Counted from the first letter of the stretch, positions 1 to 13,949 are shown. The stretch is DNA of 64,000 bases from Camelus ferus (GCF_009834535.1 NC_045697.1:75952001-76016000); one strand, 5' to 3'. A program made the numbers and translations. Notes: generated by a model from the letters alone, not told the origin.

Positions 1-763
1 CTGGCTTAGCTGCCGTCTCTTCTGAGAAGCCTTTTCCAACTCCTGCTCTCTGCCTCTAGTCCCACGTGGGAATGATGCCTTCTCTGTGCCATCCAGCCCT
101 AGCGTGTGTCCTTGTTGTAACAGAGTTAGTCTGTGTGCTATGACTGACTTATCTTGGGATGGTCTTACCATATTGTGTGAGGCATATCATGTTTGGAGAC
201 TTTGTGCACAGCTGAAATATGTCATTCCCCCCAGGATCTAAATCCAATTCTCAGTTAGCAGTGTCCACTAGGAAATGCCCTCTCTATAGACATTGTTGTC
301 TTTGTGGCTCTATTTCCTATTCTTTCGTCTCCTATGTCCGTCTTCCTCCTTACACTTCATCTCAATGTCTAGTGATGCCACTGAACCAAAATTTTCACCT
401 TTCCCCTTACATACACTCAGCCTTGTGGGCTCTCCTTCCACTCTTCCATCCTCCTTGACCCCATACGTAGACCTGACCACTCGCACATCCTACAGATTGT
501 CCCTGGAGAGCTCCCACATCCATCCTTGAGTCTCCATTCTTACTGGAATTGCAGGCAGAAGATTCACCTGAGCCACAGAGAGGAAACGAATGTGGGGCGG
601 GTCCTGTCAGAGTCAGGGGAAGAGGCGCAAAGACAGTCATTGCCTTGTGGTCCCCATTCGGGTGCTTCCCTTGTTAAGTTACAGCGAATGACAATTCAGA
701 AAAAAATTATATTGCAAGTTATGAAAAACGTGTCTCATTTTATTTTTTTCCTACCTTTTACAG

Positions 764-967
764 AACTTGAAGGTGTCTTCACAGACTAATTTCTTGTCTC
801 GAGCATGGTGGTTCCCCATCTTTTATTTTTTTGAGAAAAACGTACAAGGCTCAATTCCTTGCTGCTTCTCCTGGCCACTCTCCTGGCCTCCCGGCTGCTT
901 TAAATCATCCTGCAAGAAGTATTCGCGGGTTCAGAAGATCGGTGAAGATAATGAGAAGTCTACCTGA
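764..967 (+). CDS. SGMS2: Sphingomyelin synthase 2, last coding exon (C-terminal cytosolic tail)
   Basis: Polypyrimidine tract and CAG acceptor end at 763. The exon reads NLKVSSQTNFLSRAWWFPIFYFFEKNVQGSIPCCFSWPLSWPPGCFKSSCKKYSRVQKIGEDNEKST*, matching the SMS2 C-terminus including its palmitoylated Cys cluster. Synteny with CYP2U1 and HADH agrees. Confidence 0.97.
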   Translation, partial: NLKVSSQTNFLSRAWWFPIFYFFEKNVQGSIPCCFSWPLSWPPGCFKSSCKKYSRVQKIGEDNEKST

Positions 968-3900
968 GGAGCAAAGCAAAGGCATCAGCTCTTACACCAA
1001 AAGAGTCATTGCTGTAACCAAAGGTATAGTTTTTTTTGTTTTTTATTTTAGGAGAACTGACTGGTAAATGAAGAAGTGGACCAAATTTTGTGCAAATGCT
1101 TAGAAAGATGAATGAAGTATTACCTTTTGACTGGTTTTCTATTCGTCCTGAGAAAGTTACATTCTCCCGTGGCTCTTCATTCATTGGTGACAAGCCCTCA
1201 GTCTGGGACTTTACTAATGAGCTTGTTAAAGAGGTGCCAAAGAACATACTACTCCTTTCCTCATTCTTTCTCCACTAAAGCGCTCCACTTCAGACTTTTT
1301 TCAGGATTTTTTTTCCCCCTCCAAGGTCAAAAGAATTTGTTAATGTTTTAAATAAAAATATCTGGATATATACAGCTACTGTGTAAATAGAATCACCTGA
1401 TGTTGAGAGTGGTTTTTAGCATTAGCCCTACCGGCGAGGGGGCGATCCACTCACTGGGCCGTGAGTGGACTTCGGGTGAACGTTGTTTCCTCCCCGTCGA
1501 GGGGAAGGTCAGGGTCAGGTCTGGGAATATGCACTGCTGCTGCTCCCAATGTACTGTGTATCACTTTTACTTTATTCTTTTTAAACTGATAATTTTATAA
1601 TTTAAAAAAAAGCTTTAAAATAATATAAAAGTATTTGGCGCACCCCACATGTGTGTAAATATTTCATTGTAAGATCTCTGTGACAGACACACAGGGAAAC
1701 ATGGGGTGTTCCTGCTAGGAATGGTCTCATGCACACGCTTACCTGCTGTCTGCCTGGTAAATTGGCACCTGTACCCCCAGGGCAGTGGACTGTGTAGCTC
1801 AGGCTGAAGACACGTATGTGTGTGAACTGATGCTCATGCCCTTTGGGGAACAAGCCCGTGTTTTTCTCCCAGGTCATGCCCTATGTGAGATCTGTTTTAG
1901 AGCTGCTCATTGGAACTCACAAATACAATTGGTCACATTTCACTGAAAACCATTTCTTCCTAGTTACATTGAGCTTTGTGGAAGAACCAAGATAGAGTCC
2001 AAAAGTTTAATGCATCCTTGCCTTTTGGTAAGAGACTTAGCTTCTTATATACTGGTCCTAAGGACACATACCACAATTGAGTAATTTTACTTTGACCCTG
2101 AAATGATACCACGGTGCTGCACTATAATCTACGGCTGGAACCCATGTATTAGACAGTTACAGCTACTCAGTAAAGGGGAATAACTGTTTCTAAAGTTCTT
2201 TCAGGTGATGCAAAAAAAAAAAAAAAAGGATTAAAAAAAAAATCTGACCAGATTTAGTACATTGATTAATGCTGTTGAATCTTTTTGATAATTATTGGCT
2301 TAATTTCTTTAGACTTCTAGTAACCTTAGAAAAAGATTCAAGGTTACAAAATCGTTAACACTAGTCAGAGGGTGGAGAGGCCAACAGGGGTGGAAGGGAG
2401 GCAGTTACATTTATATTAAAGGTGAAAACTCCCTCCACTTAGAATGAAAACATCCCTCGATTTGTCCTTGTAAATGAGTGAGCCCAGATCTGGTGCACAG
2501 AGCTGACCTTAAATCGTTTAAGAGAAGCACAATACAGATCTATTCAGAAGGGTCATCGTCCTTTGGTGCTAAAATTCTGTATACGTTTTCAGTATGGTTC
2601 TTTCTCCATGTGAAAAAGAAACACTAAAGGTTGAATTCAAAGGCAGAAAGAAAGACTAATCTGGTTACATTTAAAACAAGAAAGCAAATCCTAAACATCC
2701 TGGGCAAGCTTCGAAATGCAAGAAGTTTTTCTGGTATTTATTATTAAGTAAACCAGTAAGAAACGTTTGTGTAGCTTACCTGATGTGTTTAGCCATAAGG
2801 CTACATAATTTTCACTTATTAAATATTGACATGTGATAGAATGGTGTGTTCTTCTTGAAAACACTGATTTTAAATTTCTGCTAATTGTGAAAAGAAATAT
2901 CTGGCACTGAGGCCCAGGTTTTGCTCTCCTAATACTGGTATATTCCTTGAGCCTCTAATTCAAATAAAACAACCTGATATATACCTTAGAGCCTTATTCA
3001 ACTGCATCTTGGGTAACCCAGTCCTCTGCAGATTGAGGAAGGAAAGGTGTATAAGCTTTGAAAATCATAGTGTATTGATTGCTGGAGATCCTTGAAAACA
3101 GTTTAAACCTTGCATTTTAGTCAAGTAATCTAGTTTTTTTTTAAATAATACTATCACCTTTTAAAGAACTTTAAAAACATCCATGACTCCACGTGTAGAC
3201 ACTATTGCTCCTGTGTTCTTTGCACATACATGTCATAGCTCTCTAATAAATGCTGTGCAAGCATGTGGTATGAAAATAAGGGGGCACATATCAAAGTTTC
3301 AAGATGGGAAAATATGAGAAGTATCAAAGCATATACATTTAGGAAAGCAGACTTGAAGTTCAACCCAACATGCCACTTTGGGATATAAAACCTAATTACT
3401 AGACTTGCTGTGGTGATTATTTCACAATATATACAAGTAAAAAATTATTATGTTGTATACCTAAAATTAACATAATATTGTATGTCAGTTATACCTCAAT
3501 TAAAGAAACCAAACAATTACAAGCTTGCCTTTTGAAACAGTAAAATTTTGGAGCTCCTTTTTCTTGCTAACCAAGATACAAGATCTTATCTATTATCCTT
3601 GTTTTTGTAATCCAGTGCTCCTGTTACGAGCCTTTTCTGTGATTTAGTCCTCTGTGCAATATCTATAATAGATATATTTCTATAAATGATGCATCATTTA
3701 AAAAATATTCTTTCAAATGGAAATCCATTCCTTTCAGATTCTAATTTTTGAGCTCCCCTGCTAGCTCGGAAAATAAAGCATTCTTCCCCATTCAGTTCTA
3801 CCCAAAGTAATTTTGAGTTTGTTATTTAATTTACTGGCATCTTGGGAAACATGTTTTTCTGTGGAAGGAAGGCTCTTGTGAGTGAGCCCAAGTTTCTAGT

Positions 3901-5175
3901 CTTGGTTGACACTTGGATGATGCTGCATAAGGTTCTTTGCTGTATACCAGTGCCCCCTTGTGGAAATATGTTATATAACTTGGAACACAAACGCAACTTT
4001 TTAAAGGATATTTTCAAGTTTTTAAAAGGCATTTGTTTTTTATTATTTTTGCCAATAATCTGAAAGAACCACAAAAAAGGAATTATTTTAAAAACATATT
4101 AAACCTTTCCCAAAGGGAAAACGTGCTTAGATCACAGGGAGTTGTAATTCTAATCTTTTATCCATTTGATCAGAGAAAATATGCAGACCATTTTTACCTC
4201 TCACCATCACAATCATTAATGTCTCCCTTTATAACTACCTATACTTTGTTTATTTTGAAACACCAAGTTTCAAAGTCCTACATGTTTTTTTTTAATATGC
4301 TAGAACTCATGCAGTTTCTTTTTTAATTTGAAAGTTCACATCTTGTTCCTTGCATATTTTGAACATTTCTTTTTAAATTCTTTTATGTTGTTTTTGTTTT
4401 GCACTGTAAAACTGATTAAAAATTTAAGCTGGTCTTAACACACTCACTTCTGTAGTGTAAGGAAGTGTGAGAAGGAATTTAATAAATGAGTTTACATGTT
4501 TAAATCAAGTATATTATAATTAATATGCCATGTGTTGAAGGCTTTTCTATTTGTGTGTTTAGAGTCCTGGTGTTTTTTTTTTTTTTTTAATGTCATTGTG
4601 TTGCAATAATTTAACTCCTTTGACTTACTTGCTAAAAATATTTCTTCTATTAAGAAGTGCTCTTGACTTCAATACCTGAACACTAAAAATCGTGTCAAAA
4701 GGTACCCAAAGATAATTTTTTATACAGATACACACCTTATAAATTCTGATTTATATATAGCTGTGTTCTAAATGAATCATGAATGAGAATAGTTCTTTAT
4801 TGTGAAATTATTTAAAACTTCCTTTAAAAGAAAAAGAAGAAACTATAAACTTAAGGTAATCTAGTTGCCAAGTTGGGATTCATTATTTAATTTACCTCCT
4901 ATGCAATGATTAATGCTGCAAAATGTATGGTTATGTTATATTATATTCACAAAAGAAATATTATTACAAGGTTTGAGAGGTAGCCAACTGCTTTCTTTTG
5001 GAAGTTTACTGTACTGTTTCAGTGTGTTAAGTGCCTTGTTGTAAAGTAAAATTTTAAGTGTAGAATTCATTATTTTCCTGACATATATTTTTCATTATGA
5101 TATATACTGTATATTATTGTAATAGTTTTATTAAATGCTTATGTTTTAATTAAATATGTAAATTTCAGAAGCTCT
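968..5175 (+). other. SGMS2: SGMS2 3'UTR (end approximate)
   Basis: AT-rich sequence after the stop codon. Candidate poly(A) signals are AATAAA at 1351, 3245 and 4481, and tandem ATTAAA at 5130 and 5149 followed by U-rich tracts. The true cleavage site cannot be determined from sequence alone. Confidence 0.6.
3400..3505 (+). mobile_element. L1 3'-terminal stub inside the SGMS2 3'UTR
   Basis: Typical L1 3' end (...tgttgtatacctaaaattaacataatattgtatgtcagttatacctcaattaaa). Confidence 0.7.
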
Positions 5176-8047
5176 TTTTCCTACCCACCAGTACTTTAGT
5201 CATTGGTCTATCATATGGGATTTGAATTCAGGTTCCTTTTTTTTTTTAAAGAGGAAATTATCTTAGTTTAGAAATATGTTTTCCATGCTTGTGCTTTTGT
5301 GTTTGTAAAAACATTTCAGGAGGAATTTAGGAGTGTAACTACAGTTTGTACTTGAAAATGCCATTTTACATTTACATTTTAAGTGCCTAATTGTTAGTTA
5401 AAACTAATTTATGTTTCTATTCTAAACAGAATATGTCTACTTGGTTTCTAATCTCTTTGGCTTTGCTTTAATAAAAAAAAAAAGCAAGAGCCTATACTTT
5501 GTATTTATCCAATAAACCACCATGACATCGAGTCTTTTCAAAATTAGTATTACTATTTCTTACAAATTAAAAAATTTAGTTTTCTTTAAAGATTTTTTAA
5601 ACTTTAGTTTAAAGTACTCATTAAAATCACATGAGGGTTATTTTCTTCAAGAACTTTTTTAAATAAGTTGATAACCTTCAATTAATGGAGCACTAAGTAA
5701 ACTGGAGTGTGTTGTTTTTTCTGCTCTTGGATTTAAGGTTCAAAATAATTCACAACCATATAAAATCACTCATGGAGAAAAAGAAAATCAGTTACACACC
5801 CCATGATTCTGATTCTCATTGTTCACAGAGGGACAAAAATCATTCATTCTTCCAGGAAAGCAGAGTCCTTTCTGTCAGTCAATTCTGAAAGAAATATCCT
5901 CTTCCTTCAGAAGGGGGGCACCAGGGTAATGTCCTCAACTAGACTTCAGTAGTCGTTGCGACAGCGGATTGCAGAAAGTTGTTTTTGGAAAGATGAAGGC
6001 CTGGCCCTCAAAGACAAATTTAGTAAAAGCAACTTGGGGGGAGGAGGGGATGAGGATAAGGTAATATGGTTCAAAAAGCAAGTTGATGGATAATCCAAGT
6101 TTCTTTGAACTCTCTGGAAATGATAGAATATAAATCACAAGTCTTTCTGCCACCTCCACCCAGGCCTGGGATGAAAAGCCTGTCCTATCCTCCTATTTGA
6201 AACACTGGTGTGTTGATTTTGCTGGCCAGAGCCCAAAGACTGCCCTGATCTTGAATGCATTATATAATGGAACTAAGGTGATACTTCATTAACCTTGACA
6301 TCGAACATTTATTTTCTTCTAATAAAGTATATAAGAACATCAGAAACACAAGACCAGGTTACTCACTGATGTAAGTTGGATTGTATCAGTAATGGATTCT
6401 GTGCTACTGTGTGTCTCTACGTGGCGTGTTTAATTCATGTGTGAGGCATCGCATTTTTCAGTTTTCATGCTTGACATACATTCTTTCATCTTCACAAAAC
6501 CCCACGAGGTAGGCAAGGAAAGAGTTGGTGACCAGTATTGTGAGATGAAAGAGCTCATGAGTGTTGGAGTTGGAACCTGAATTTCATTTTCTCTCTTTTG
6601 CTGCCTCCCTGTCATAATTGCTCTGGTCACCATCACAGGTTGTTAGAGGTTTTGTTGTTACTGTTGCTTGTTTTTCAGGGGAGTTTATTCCCTTATCATC
6701 CAATTAGTTGATTAGGAGGGAAACTAGTCCTTGAAACAGGTTCTTTATCAAATGCTACTGACTTTTCTTACAGTTGGAATTTACTGCGTTTCAGAGGGAA
6801 GAAAAGTCAGTGCTCCTAGGGTAAAATGACCTTGAAAGCAAAAGAGTCCCCAAGTGTTTGAGCTTACAAATTTGTTAGAATAAAGCAAACTCATTGCAGT
6901 TCTCTTGTTAGCTAGGACGTAGTAATGCACCTTTGCCTTTCTTACACAGGTTAATGCGGGGGTGGGGGGGGCGGGCACCACAGTGCACCAGGCTTCATTG
7001 CTAAATGTAACTCTCTCAGAAATTATTCCTGAGGGAATATCAAAAGGAGGAGAGGTACAATGACCTGCCTTCAAAGGATAGCAAAGCTCTGAGGAAATGA
7101 AACAGTCTTGGGAGTCATTATAGTCTAGGCTGACTCTGGGCTCCCCAAAGGACCAAAGTGAAGCCATAGGATTGTCTGGTCCAGGCATGAACTGGTGAGT
7201 TCTCGGTGCTAAAAATCTGTCCAACATGTGTGCTTGCTTCTGGCCAAGTTTCTGAGCACACTTTGCTTCAGTTCTTATATCCAGCATTTACCTCTTTTTC
7301 TTCCTAAGTTCCTTAAGTGATGTGTGTATTTGGGTAAAGAAAAAAGCCACTACTTTTGAGAAGCTACCACAGGTCAGGCATTGCCAGTTGGGGGTCCTCT
7401 TATTTAACACCAGGTGAATCTCATTATGCTCTTTTTCCAATTGAGGGAACTTAGACTGGGAGAGGAAACCAGGGGGCAAGGAGCCCACCTCGCACACTGA
7501 TGGCTGCCCAGGGGTGCCAAAGCCCATCATTTCCCCACTGCACCAATGTGATGGAAGAATCACCCCAAGTGCGAGGAATGAGGGAGAGGAAGAATTGCCT
7601 CTTCTGTAAAGTTCTGGACAACAGGTTTCTTGTTGCTGAGAGCAGAGTTAAAGAGTGCTTGAGCTCGAGCCCTGTAAGGTTCTGTGCCCCATATTCAGCA
7701 GATTTCCTGTCTCCATGTGAACTCTGGTCCTTTCCTCTGTAAATCTGCTCTAAGTCTGCGTGCCCCGCCACCGATGTGTGTGGGGAGGGGGCAGAGCCCT
7801 GTTGCCTGGCATCCCTCTCCTTTCATCACACACCTGCTGCCTCAAGCCAACGGCAGGGGTTCTGACTCAGCGAGGAGACCAAGCCCCAGGGCAAACACCT
7901 GTGGTCCCCAGGCACTCAGGTCTTTGCAAGGAGGAAATGATACTTTTGAACATCTTTTGTATTACATCTGGTCTGTTTCCCAGGCCATGGTTTGAAGGGA
8001 TTGTTCACATTTGCCGCTGAGGGAGAGACATTTACCTAAAGTCCTCA

Positions 8048-8351
8048 CCAGTTAGGGCTGCTGAATGCCGTGAGCTGGGTGGCTTTAACAGCAAGCATGT
8101 CTTTCTCACCGTTCTGGAGGTTGGGAAGTTTGAGACCAGGGTGCCAGCATGGTCAGACTCTGGTGAGGGTCCTGTTCTGGGTTTTCTCATACGTTGAGGA
8201 GAGAGAGCTTTAGTCTCTCTTCTTTTAAAGACACTAAACTTGTCCCCTCCATCTAAACCTAATTACTTCCGAAAGACTGCACCTTCTAATATCATCCAGT
8301 CAGTGTTTCATCATATGGATTTGGGGGGACACAAACATGTAGTCCATAACA
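8048..8351. mobile_element. MaLR (MLT1-type) solo LTR
   Basis: MLT1 hallmarks: tttctcaccgttctggaggttgggaag...gtgccagcatggtc...tctggtgaggg and the terminal ggggacacaaacat...tccataaca. Confidence 0.75.
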
Positions 8352-8629
8352 TCTGGGTTTCTTGATTTTATACAAATAGATCTTTTTGGCAAAGTACACT
8401 TCATAGTGCAAAGCCTTAAGCTGTTTTGGTACCGTGGTTCTTCATAATCTGTGAACCCCATCCATGCAAGGCACTTTCCAACTGCTTCCACGAACAGCGC
8501 CCTCTATCGGCGTCGGGCTGCTCTCATTCCTGTGCTCTGTACTGCCGAGCTCAGTCCTATGAGATGGGCTTGCCCAACTCAGACCATCGCCTGCCTCCTG
8601 AAGAGGGCAAGGTAACAGGATGGCCCTGT

Positions 8630-8830
8630 CCTCTTTGGGTTTGAATCTCAGTTCTTCCAGTGCTGGCTGGATGTGGAAGACCTTAAACAAGTTGCCTAAC
8701 CTCTTTGAGCCTTGGTTTCTCTATCTGTGGGATGGAAATAATAGTCCGTGTCTCACAAAATCACTGGGAAGACTAAATGAAAGAAATTGTTATAAGATAA
8801 ATGTTCAAAAAGTGTTAGCCAAATTCAACT
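8630..8830 (+). mobile_element. MIR SINE relic
   Basis: MIR core: gggtttgaatc...caagttgcctaacctctttgagccttggtttctctatctgt. Confidence 0.65.
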
Positions 8831-10829
8831 AACAAATATTTTAGGTACCATAGTTATAGCTCTGAAATTATTCATCTTTATCCAGCTCTTGCTTGTCCTG
8901 AAAGTTCAGCTGAAGTCTCATCCCCTAAAAGGTTTCCCTTACTTCTCCAAATCTGAATTCTTCCTCAGAAAATGCATACAAACGAATTGTCAAAATGTGA
9001 GATACACTCACTGCTTTTAAGTTTAAAAAAAATATGTCCTGTTTCCATACCAAATTAAAGTTCCTTAAGAGAAAAGATTGTCTTAGTATTCCTTCCAGTG
9101 GCTAATAAAGTTCTTATTACATACATTTGTGGAATGAGTATTTTTTAATGCCGTCTTTTGTGTTTGGATTATTAACAGAATTTGTGGAGATCTGATGGAA
9201 AGGAGACTGCCCATCATGGCACCAAATAATTTGCTTTAAAATAACTGAAGCACTTAGCAAACTATAAGATGTTTATAACTTGAAACTGTTTCAGTAGCCA
9301 TCATATCATATGTATTTTTTTGATATTTTTAGACAAAAATATGGATTGAAAAATAAAGGCTGAAGTGGAAAATCCAAAGACTTTGGACCAGCCCCTAGGT
9401 TTAATTCCTAAGCAAGTTACTCACCTTTCTGAATCATCATGTCCATCCCTTCTGTAAAATGAAAGTGAAGAAACCTACCTCCCAATGTCATGGTGAGAGT
9501 TATAGATAATGTATAGTAAAACATTTGATACTACCTGACTCATTAATATATGATAAAGTCTAATCAGAAAATAAATTCATGGGAGTTTGAAACTTTTTTT
9601 TTAATTCTTATTTTTTATTGAAGTGTAGTCGATTTACAGTGTTAGTTTCAGATGTACAGCAAAGCATTAAAACTTTAATTTTATTATAAGGGATTTTAGA
9701 ATTTTTACAGTGTAAGAATTTAAGAATTTTCTACTTAGTACAAGACACATATTTGTCGTGCAAGGTTTTGGATTTCAGTTGAGAACAATGTCAGATATTT
9801 AAGCTTATGCTTCCAAAGACCCCACTCTGTCTACCTTCCCACTTTTTGTACATTAATCGGGCACATGAATTGTTCTGCTGTATCTCTCCAGAAATATCCG
9901 GAAGTGTGAGTGATGAATTGCTAGTGTGGAAATAATTTTTTCTAATGGAAAAGGACAATTCATTCAATAAGGTAAACCGTGGCTCACCCTGACCCCACTG
10001 CCCTTGACCATGGGATTAAGAGTTATTATTTCATCCCAGTCATAAATAGCTACAGCTGGTCCTTCCTAGTGGGGTTATATGTCTGATACAATGTTGAACT
10101 ACCAACAAAGTTACTGGATTTCACCAGTAACTAATCTAGTGTGCTGACTTTCGAGTGACTTGCCTATATACTGGGGGAAACACTAGAGTTTTGGCAAACC
10201 CCAAAGGGTCTTGGGATTAAATCACATCAAAGGCAGTTAAGCTCAAAAACAGAAAAAGTTTTTCAAGGCTGTTTCGCTATACAACAGCCCTCCCAAGGAA
10301 GTGAATGAGAAATATATTGCAGAAGTGATTTAAAATGAACTGTCTACAGAAACATTTACAAAATTATGAGAATTAACCAACATACTCTTAACCAACAGGT
10401 CAAGGAGTCACAAGGGAGATTTGAAAATACTTTGAGACAAATGACAATAAAAACAACATACCAAAATGTGTGGGGTACAGTGAGAGCAGTGCTGAGAGGG
10501 AAAGTTATAGTTATAAATGCATACATTAAAAGAGGAGAAGGATCTCAAACCAATAACCTAACTGTAGATCTCAAGGAACTAGATGAAGAACAGCAGACTA
10601 AACCCAAAGCTAGCAGATGGAAGGAAATAAAAATTAGAGTAGAGATAAATGAATAGAGGATAGAAAAAAATAGAAATCAACGAAACCAAAAGTTGATACT
10701 TTGAAAAGACCAACAGAATTAATAAACCTTTAGCTAGATTGACTAAGAAAAAAGAAGGCTCAAATTACTAAAATCAGAATGGAAGTGGGGACATTTACTA
10801 CTTGATTTTACAGAATTAAAAAATTTATA

Positions 10830-10996
10830 GGGGGGAGGGTATAGCTCAGTGGTAGAGTGCATGCTTAGCATGCATAAGGTCCTGGGTTCAATCCCCAGTA
10901 CTTCCTCTAAAAATAAATAAACCTAACTACCTCCCTTCCTGCCAAAATAAAAATAATTAAATAATACAATGACAAATAAAAAAAAACTTTCCTTTA
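10830..10996 (+). mobile_element. tRNA-Ala-derived SINE (camelid Vic-1-like)
   Basis: Head ggggagggtatagctcagtggtagagtgcatgcttagcatgc with A box (10842-10852) and B box GGTTCAATCCC (10885-10895). Non-tRNA tail aaataaataaacctaactacctccc and an A-rich end. TSD aaaaaatttata at 10818-10829 and 10997-11008. Confidence 0.88.
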
Positions 10997-11643
10997 AAAA
11001 AATTTATAAAGATACTATGAATGATTATAAGCATATTGGATAACTTAGATAAAAGGGACAAATTTCTATAAACACAAAGCCAAGCAGCACTGAATTATGA
11101 AGAAATAGAAAGTCCAAATAAACTTTTAACTTATAAGGAAAATTGAATTAGTAGTAAAAACCTCTCAAGAATAGTCCTGGGCCAGATGGCGACATTGATG
11201 ATTTATACCAAATGGCACGTTAATATATACAATCAGCACATGAAAAGCTCAGCATCATTAGTCATCAGAAAAATGTAACAGCCACAATGAGATACCACTT
11301 CATAACCATTAGGATAGCTATTAGGAAAAGGAAAAAACAGCAAAATAACAATTGGTGATGCGGTAGAGAAATTGAAACCCTTGTCATTGCTGATAGAAAT
11401 GTAAAAACGGATACAGATACTGTAGAAAAAATTTGGTCATTCCTCAGAGTTGAACATGGGGGTTACTACGTGATTCAGTAGTTCCACCCCTAGATATATA
11501 CCTGAAAGAACTGAAAGCCGAGGCTTGAGCAGGTATCTGTGCACCGATGTTCATAGCAGCGTTGTTCACAATAGCTGAGAGTGGAAGCAACCCAAAGCGT
11601 CCATTGATGGATGAGTGGATAAACAAAGCGTAGTATATACATA

Positions 11644-12134
11644 CAGATGGTCCCCAACTTAACGTTATTTCCATTTAAGATGTTTTGACTTTATGACAAT
11701 GCAAAATACCTTCAGCAGAAACCACATGTCGAATTTTGAATTTTGACCTTTTCCTGGGCTAGTGGTGGGCAGTGCCATACTCTCCTGTCATGCTGGGTTG
11801 TGGCAGCGCCACAGCTGGTCAGCCAGGCAGTCATGGGGATGAACAATCAATAAGCTTAAAACCATTCAGCACCCTATTCTGTTTTTCACTTTCAGTGCAG
11901 TATTCAGTAAACTACATGAGATACTCAACACCTTATTATAAGATAAGCTTTGTGCTAGACGGTTTTGCCCAACTGTAAGCTAATGTAAGTGTTCTGACTA
12001 CATATAACGTACGTTAGGCTAAGCTATGATGTTTGGTAGGTTAAGTGTATTAAACGCATTTTCAACTTAATGATATCTTCACCTTAGGATGGTTTTACCA
12101 AGATGTAACCCCATCAAAAGTAGAAGAAGATCTG
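11644..12134. mobile_element. Tigger-family MITE (MER47/Tigger5-like)
   Basis: TA precedes the terminal repeat cagatggtccccaactt and the other end reads ...aagtagaagaagatctg. Internal ttttgcccaactgtaagctaatgtaagtgttctga. It splits the surrounding L1. Confidence 0.8.
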
Positions 12135-12360
12135 TGCAATGGAATATTATCCATGAAAAGGAATGAAATCCTGATATGTGCTACAACAAGGATGAATCTT
12201 TTAAACATTATGCTAAGTGATGTAAGCCAGACATGAAACAAATGTATGATTCTCAGTATCTAGAATATGAAATACAGAGAGACAGAAGTTACCAGGAGCT
12301 GGAGGAGGTAGGGAGTTATTGTGTAATGGGTACAGAGTTTCTGTTTGAGATGATGAAAAA

Positions 12361-12390
12361 GTGTGTGTGTGTGTGTGTGTGCGCGCGCGC
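12361..12390. repeat. (GT)10(GC)5 alternating purine-pyrimidine tract
   Basis: Read directly. Confidence 0.95.
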
Positions 12391-12590
12391 CTGTACTTTT
12401 GTTCTACGTAGAATAGCCTTAGTACCAATTCAAGTTCTTGGTATTTATCCTACTAAAAGAATCAAAGATGTATATATTACATTGTTGTTCATAATAGCAA
12501 AAACATTGAAAACAGCCTGTGTTGACAATAGGGTATTGGTCAGATAAATTATGAAATATTCCTACACCATGGACTAGATTTTTAAAAGCC

Positions 12591-12833
12591 CAGAAGTCAG
12601 CAAATAATGGCCTGCCGGTTAGGTCCATTTGCTGTCTTTTTCTTTAATGTCTTTTTTTATATATAAATAAAGATTTATTGAAATATAGCCATGCTCATTT
12701 ATTTACATATTGTCTACAGCCAGTTTCCGGTTCCTGTGTCAAAACTGTATGGTTGTGACAGAGAACAAATTGCCAGCAAAGCCTAAAATATTTACTGTTT
12801 GGCCCTTTACAGGAAAATGTTGCTGAACCCCTG
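12591..12833. mobile_element. hAT-Charlie MITE (MER58A-like)
   Basis: Ends cagaagtcagcaaa...tgttgctgaacccctg; internal gcaaagcctaaaatatttactgtttggccctttacag. Confidence 0.8.
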
Positions 12834-13949
12834 GCCTAGAATATAGTAATTAAAAATGATTTGTGGGAGGACAACATGGAAATTGTTAATGATATATTAA
12901 ATAAAAATATTGAAATAAATAAAAATATAAAGATTGAAAATAGAGATATATGGAGAAAAAGACTGGAAGGATACATACAGAAATAATACTGATTATTATT
13001 TCCTCCTTTACAGTTTCTTGCATTTTCAAGTTTTCTACAAAAACTATGTACTGCTATTTTTAAATCAGAATAAAAAATTGACTTTCAAATATCTGGTTCA
13101 CACTTTAAATGGGTGAATGGTACGGTATGTCAATTTATATTCCAATAAAGCTGTTAAAAAATTAAAAATTTTTAATAAATTACAAAAAAAACTGGTTCGC
13201 TTTGAGTATGTTTTTGCATAAAGGAAAGAGTAGGTAAACTTTCAATGTCCTTTCTAAATCATGATTCTTCATGAGACTTGGAAGTGAGGCTTCATTATCA
13301 GGCAAAGGGCCAAATGATCACTGGCACCAGGAAGTAAAAACCCTATGCTTTGTTGAGGCAACCAGCTTATCCTTTACCTTATCAGTGTACTTTATTTTTG
13401 TCAGATTTTATTGACTAAGCATGTTATTAATCAGGGGCCAAGTTCAAATTCCTGAGAATCTTCTTAAGAGGGCGAATGTTAGGGACTGGAGGAATTTCAG
13501 GCTCCTTATGTTAAGCTCTCTCATTTTACTCCATGAAGAAGAAAAAAGAAAGGTTAACAGCCTGTCCATGGCAGTCCAGTTAGATCTGGGCAGACTCCCT
13601 TGTGGTTTCCACACTGACTCCTGCATAATAAGTGGAAGTAAAAAAGGGGGAAGAAAGGAACAGGGATTCGAATGCTTCAGCTTGCAGAGGAATCAGTCAG
13701 GAGCCGGGCACCATTATGGCCATGCTGATTGTAAGAGGAAGATTATGTTTATTTCTTAAGAGGAATGTTACTCTTTAACCACTTTCTCTTCTATCCTTCT
13801 TTATTTACATTCTAAACTACTAGTCACTGTTGTTATAATAACAATATGTCACATAATGGATAATGCAGGCATACATTTCAAAATAGGTAGCTAAGTCTTT
13901 TTACTTCACTATGTCTTCTACCAGAATATTGGATTTTTTTCCCCATCTG

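Larger units (their letters stand above)
10345..12360 (+). mobile_element. Old L1 (ORF2 fragments and 3' region) interrupted by a SINE and a DNA MITE
   Basis: ORF 10366-10656 (TTYQNVWGTVRAVLRGKVIVINAYIK) is L1 ORF2-like. L1 3' motifs follow, e.g. gcaacccaaagcgtccattgatggatgagtggataaacaaa. Confidence 0.85.

Noticed and set aside
6781..7287. 168-aa minus-strand intergenic ORF
   Set aside because: No recognisable homology or promoter context; consistent with a chance ORF.
10830..10905. Apparent tRNA-Ala(AGC) gene
   Set aside because: It is the head of a SINE: it has a non-tRNA tail, an A-rich end and TSDs, and is inserted in an L1.
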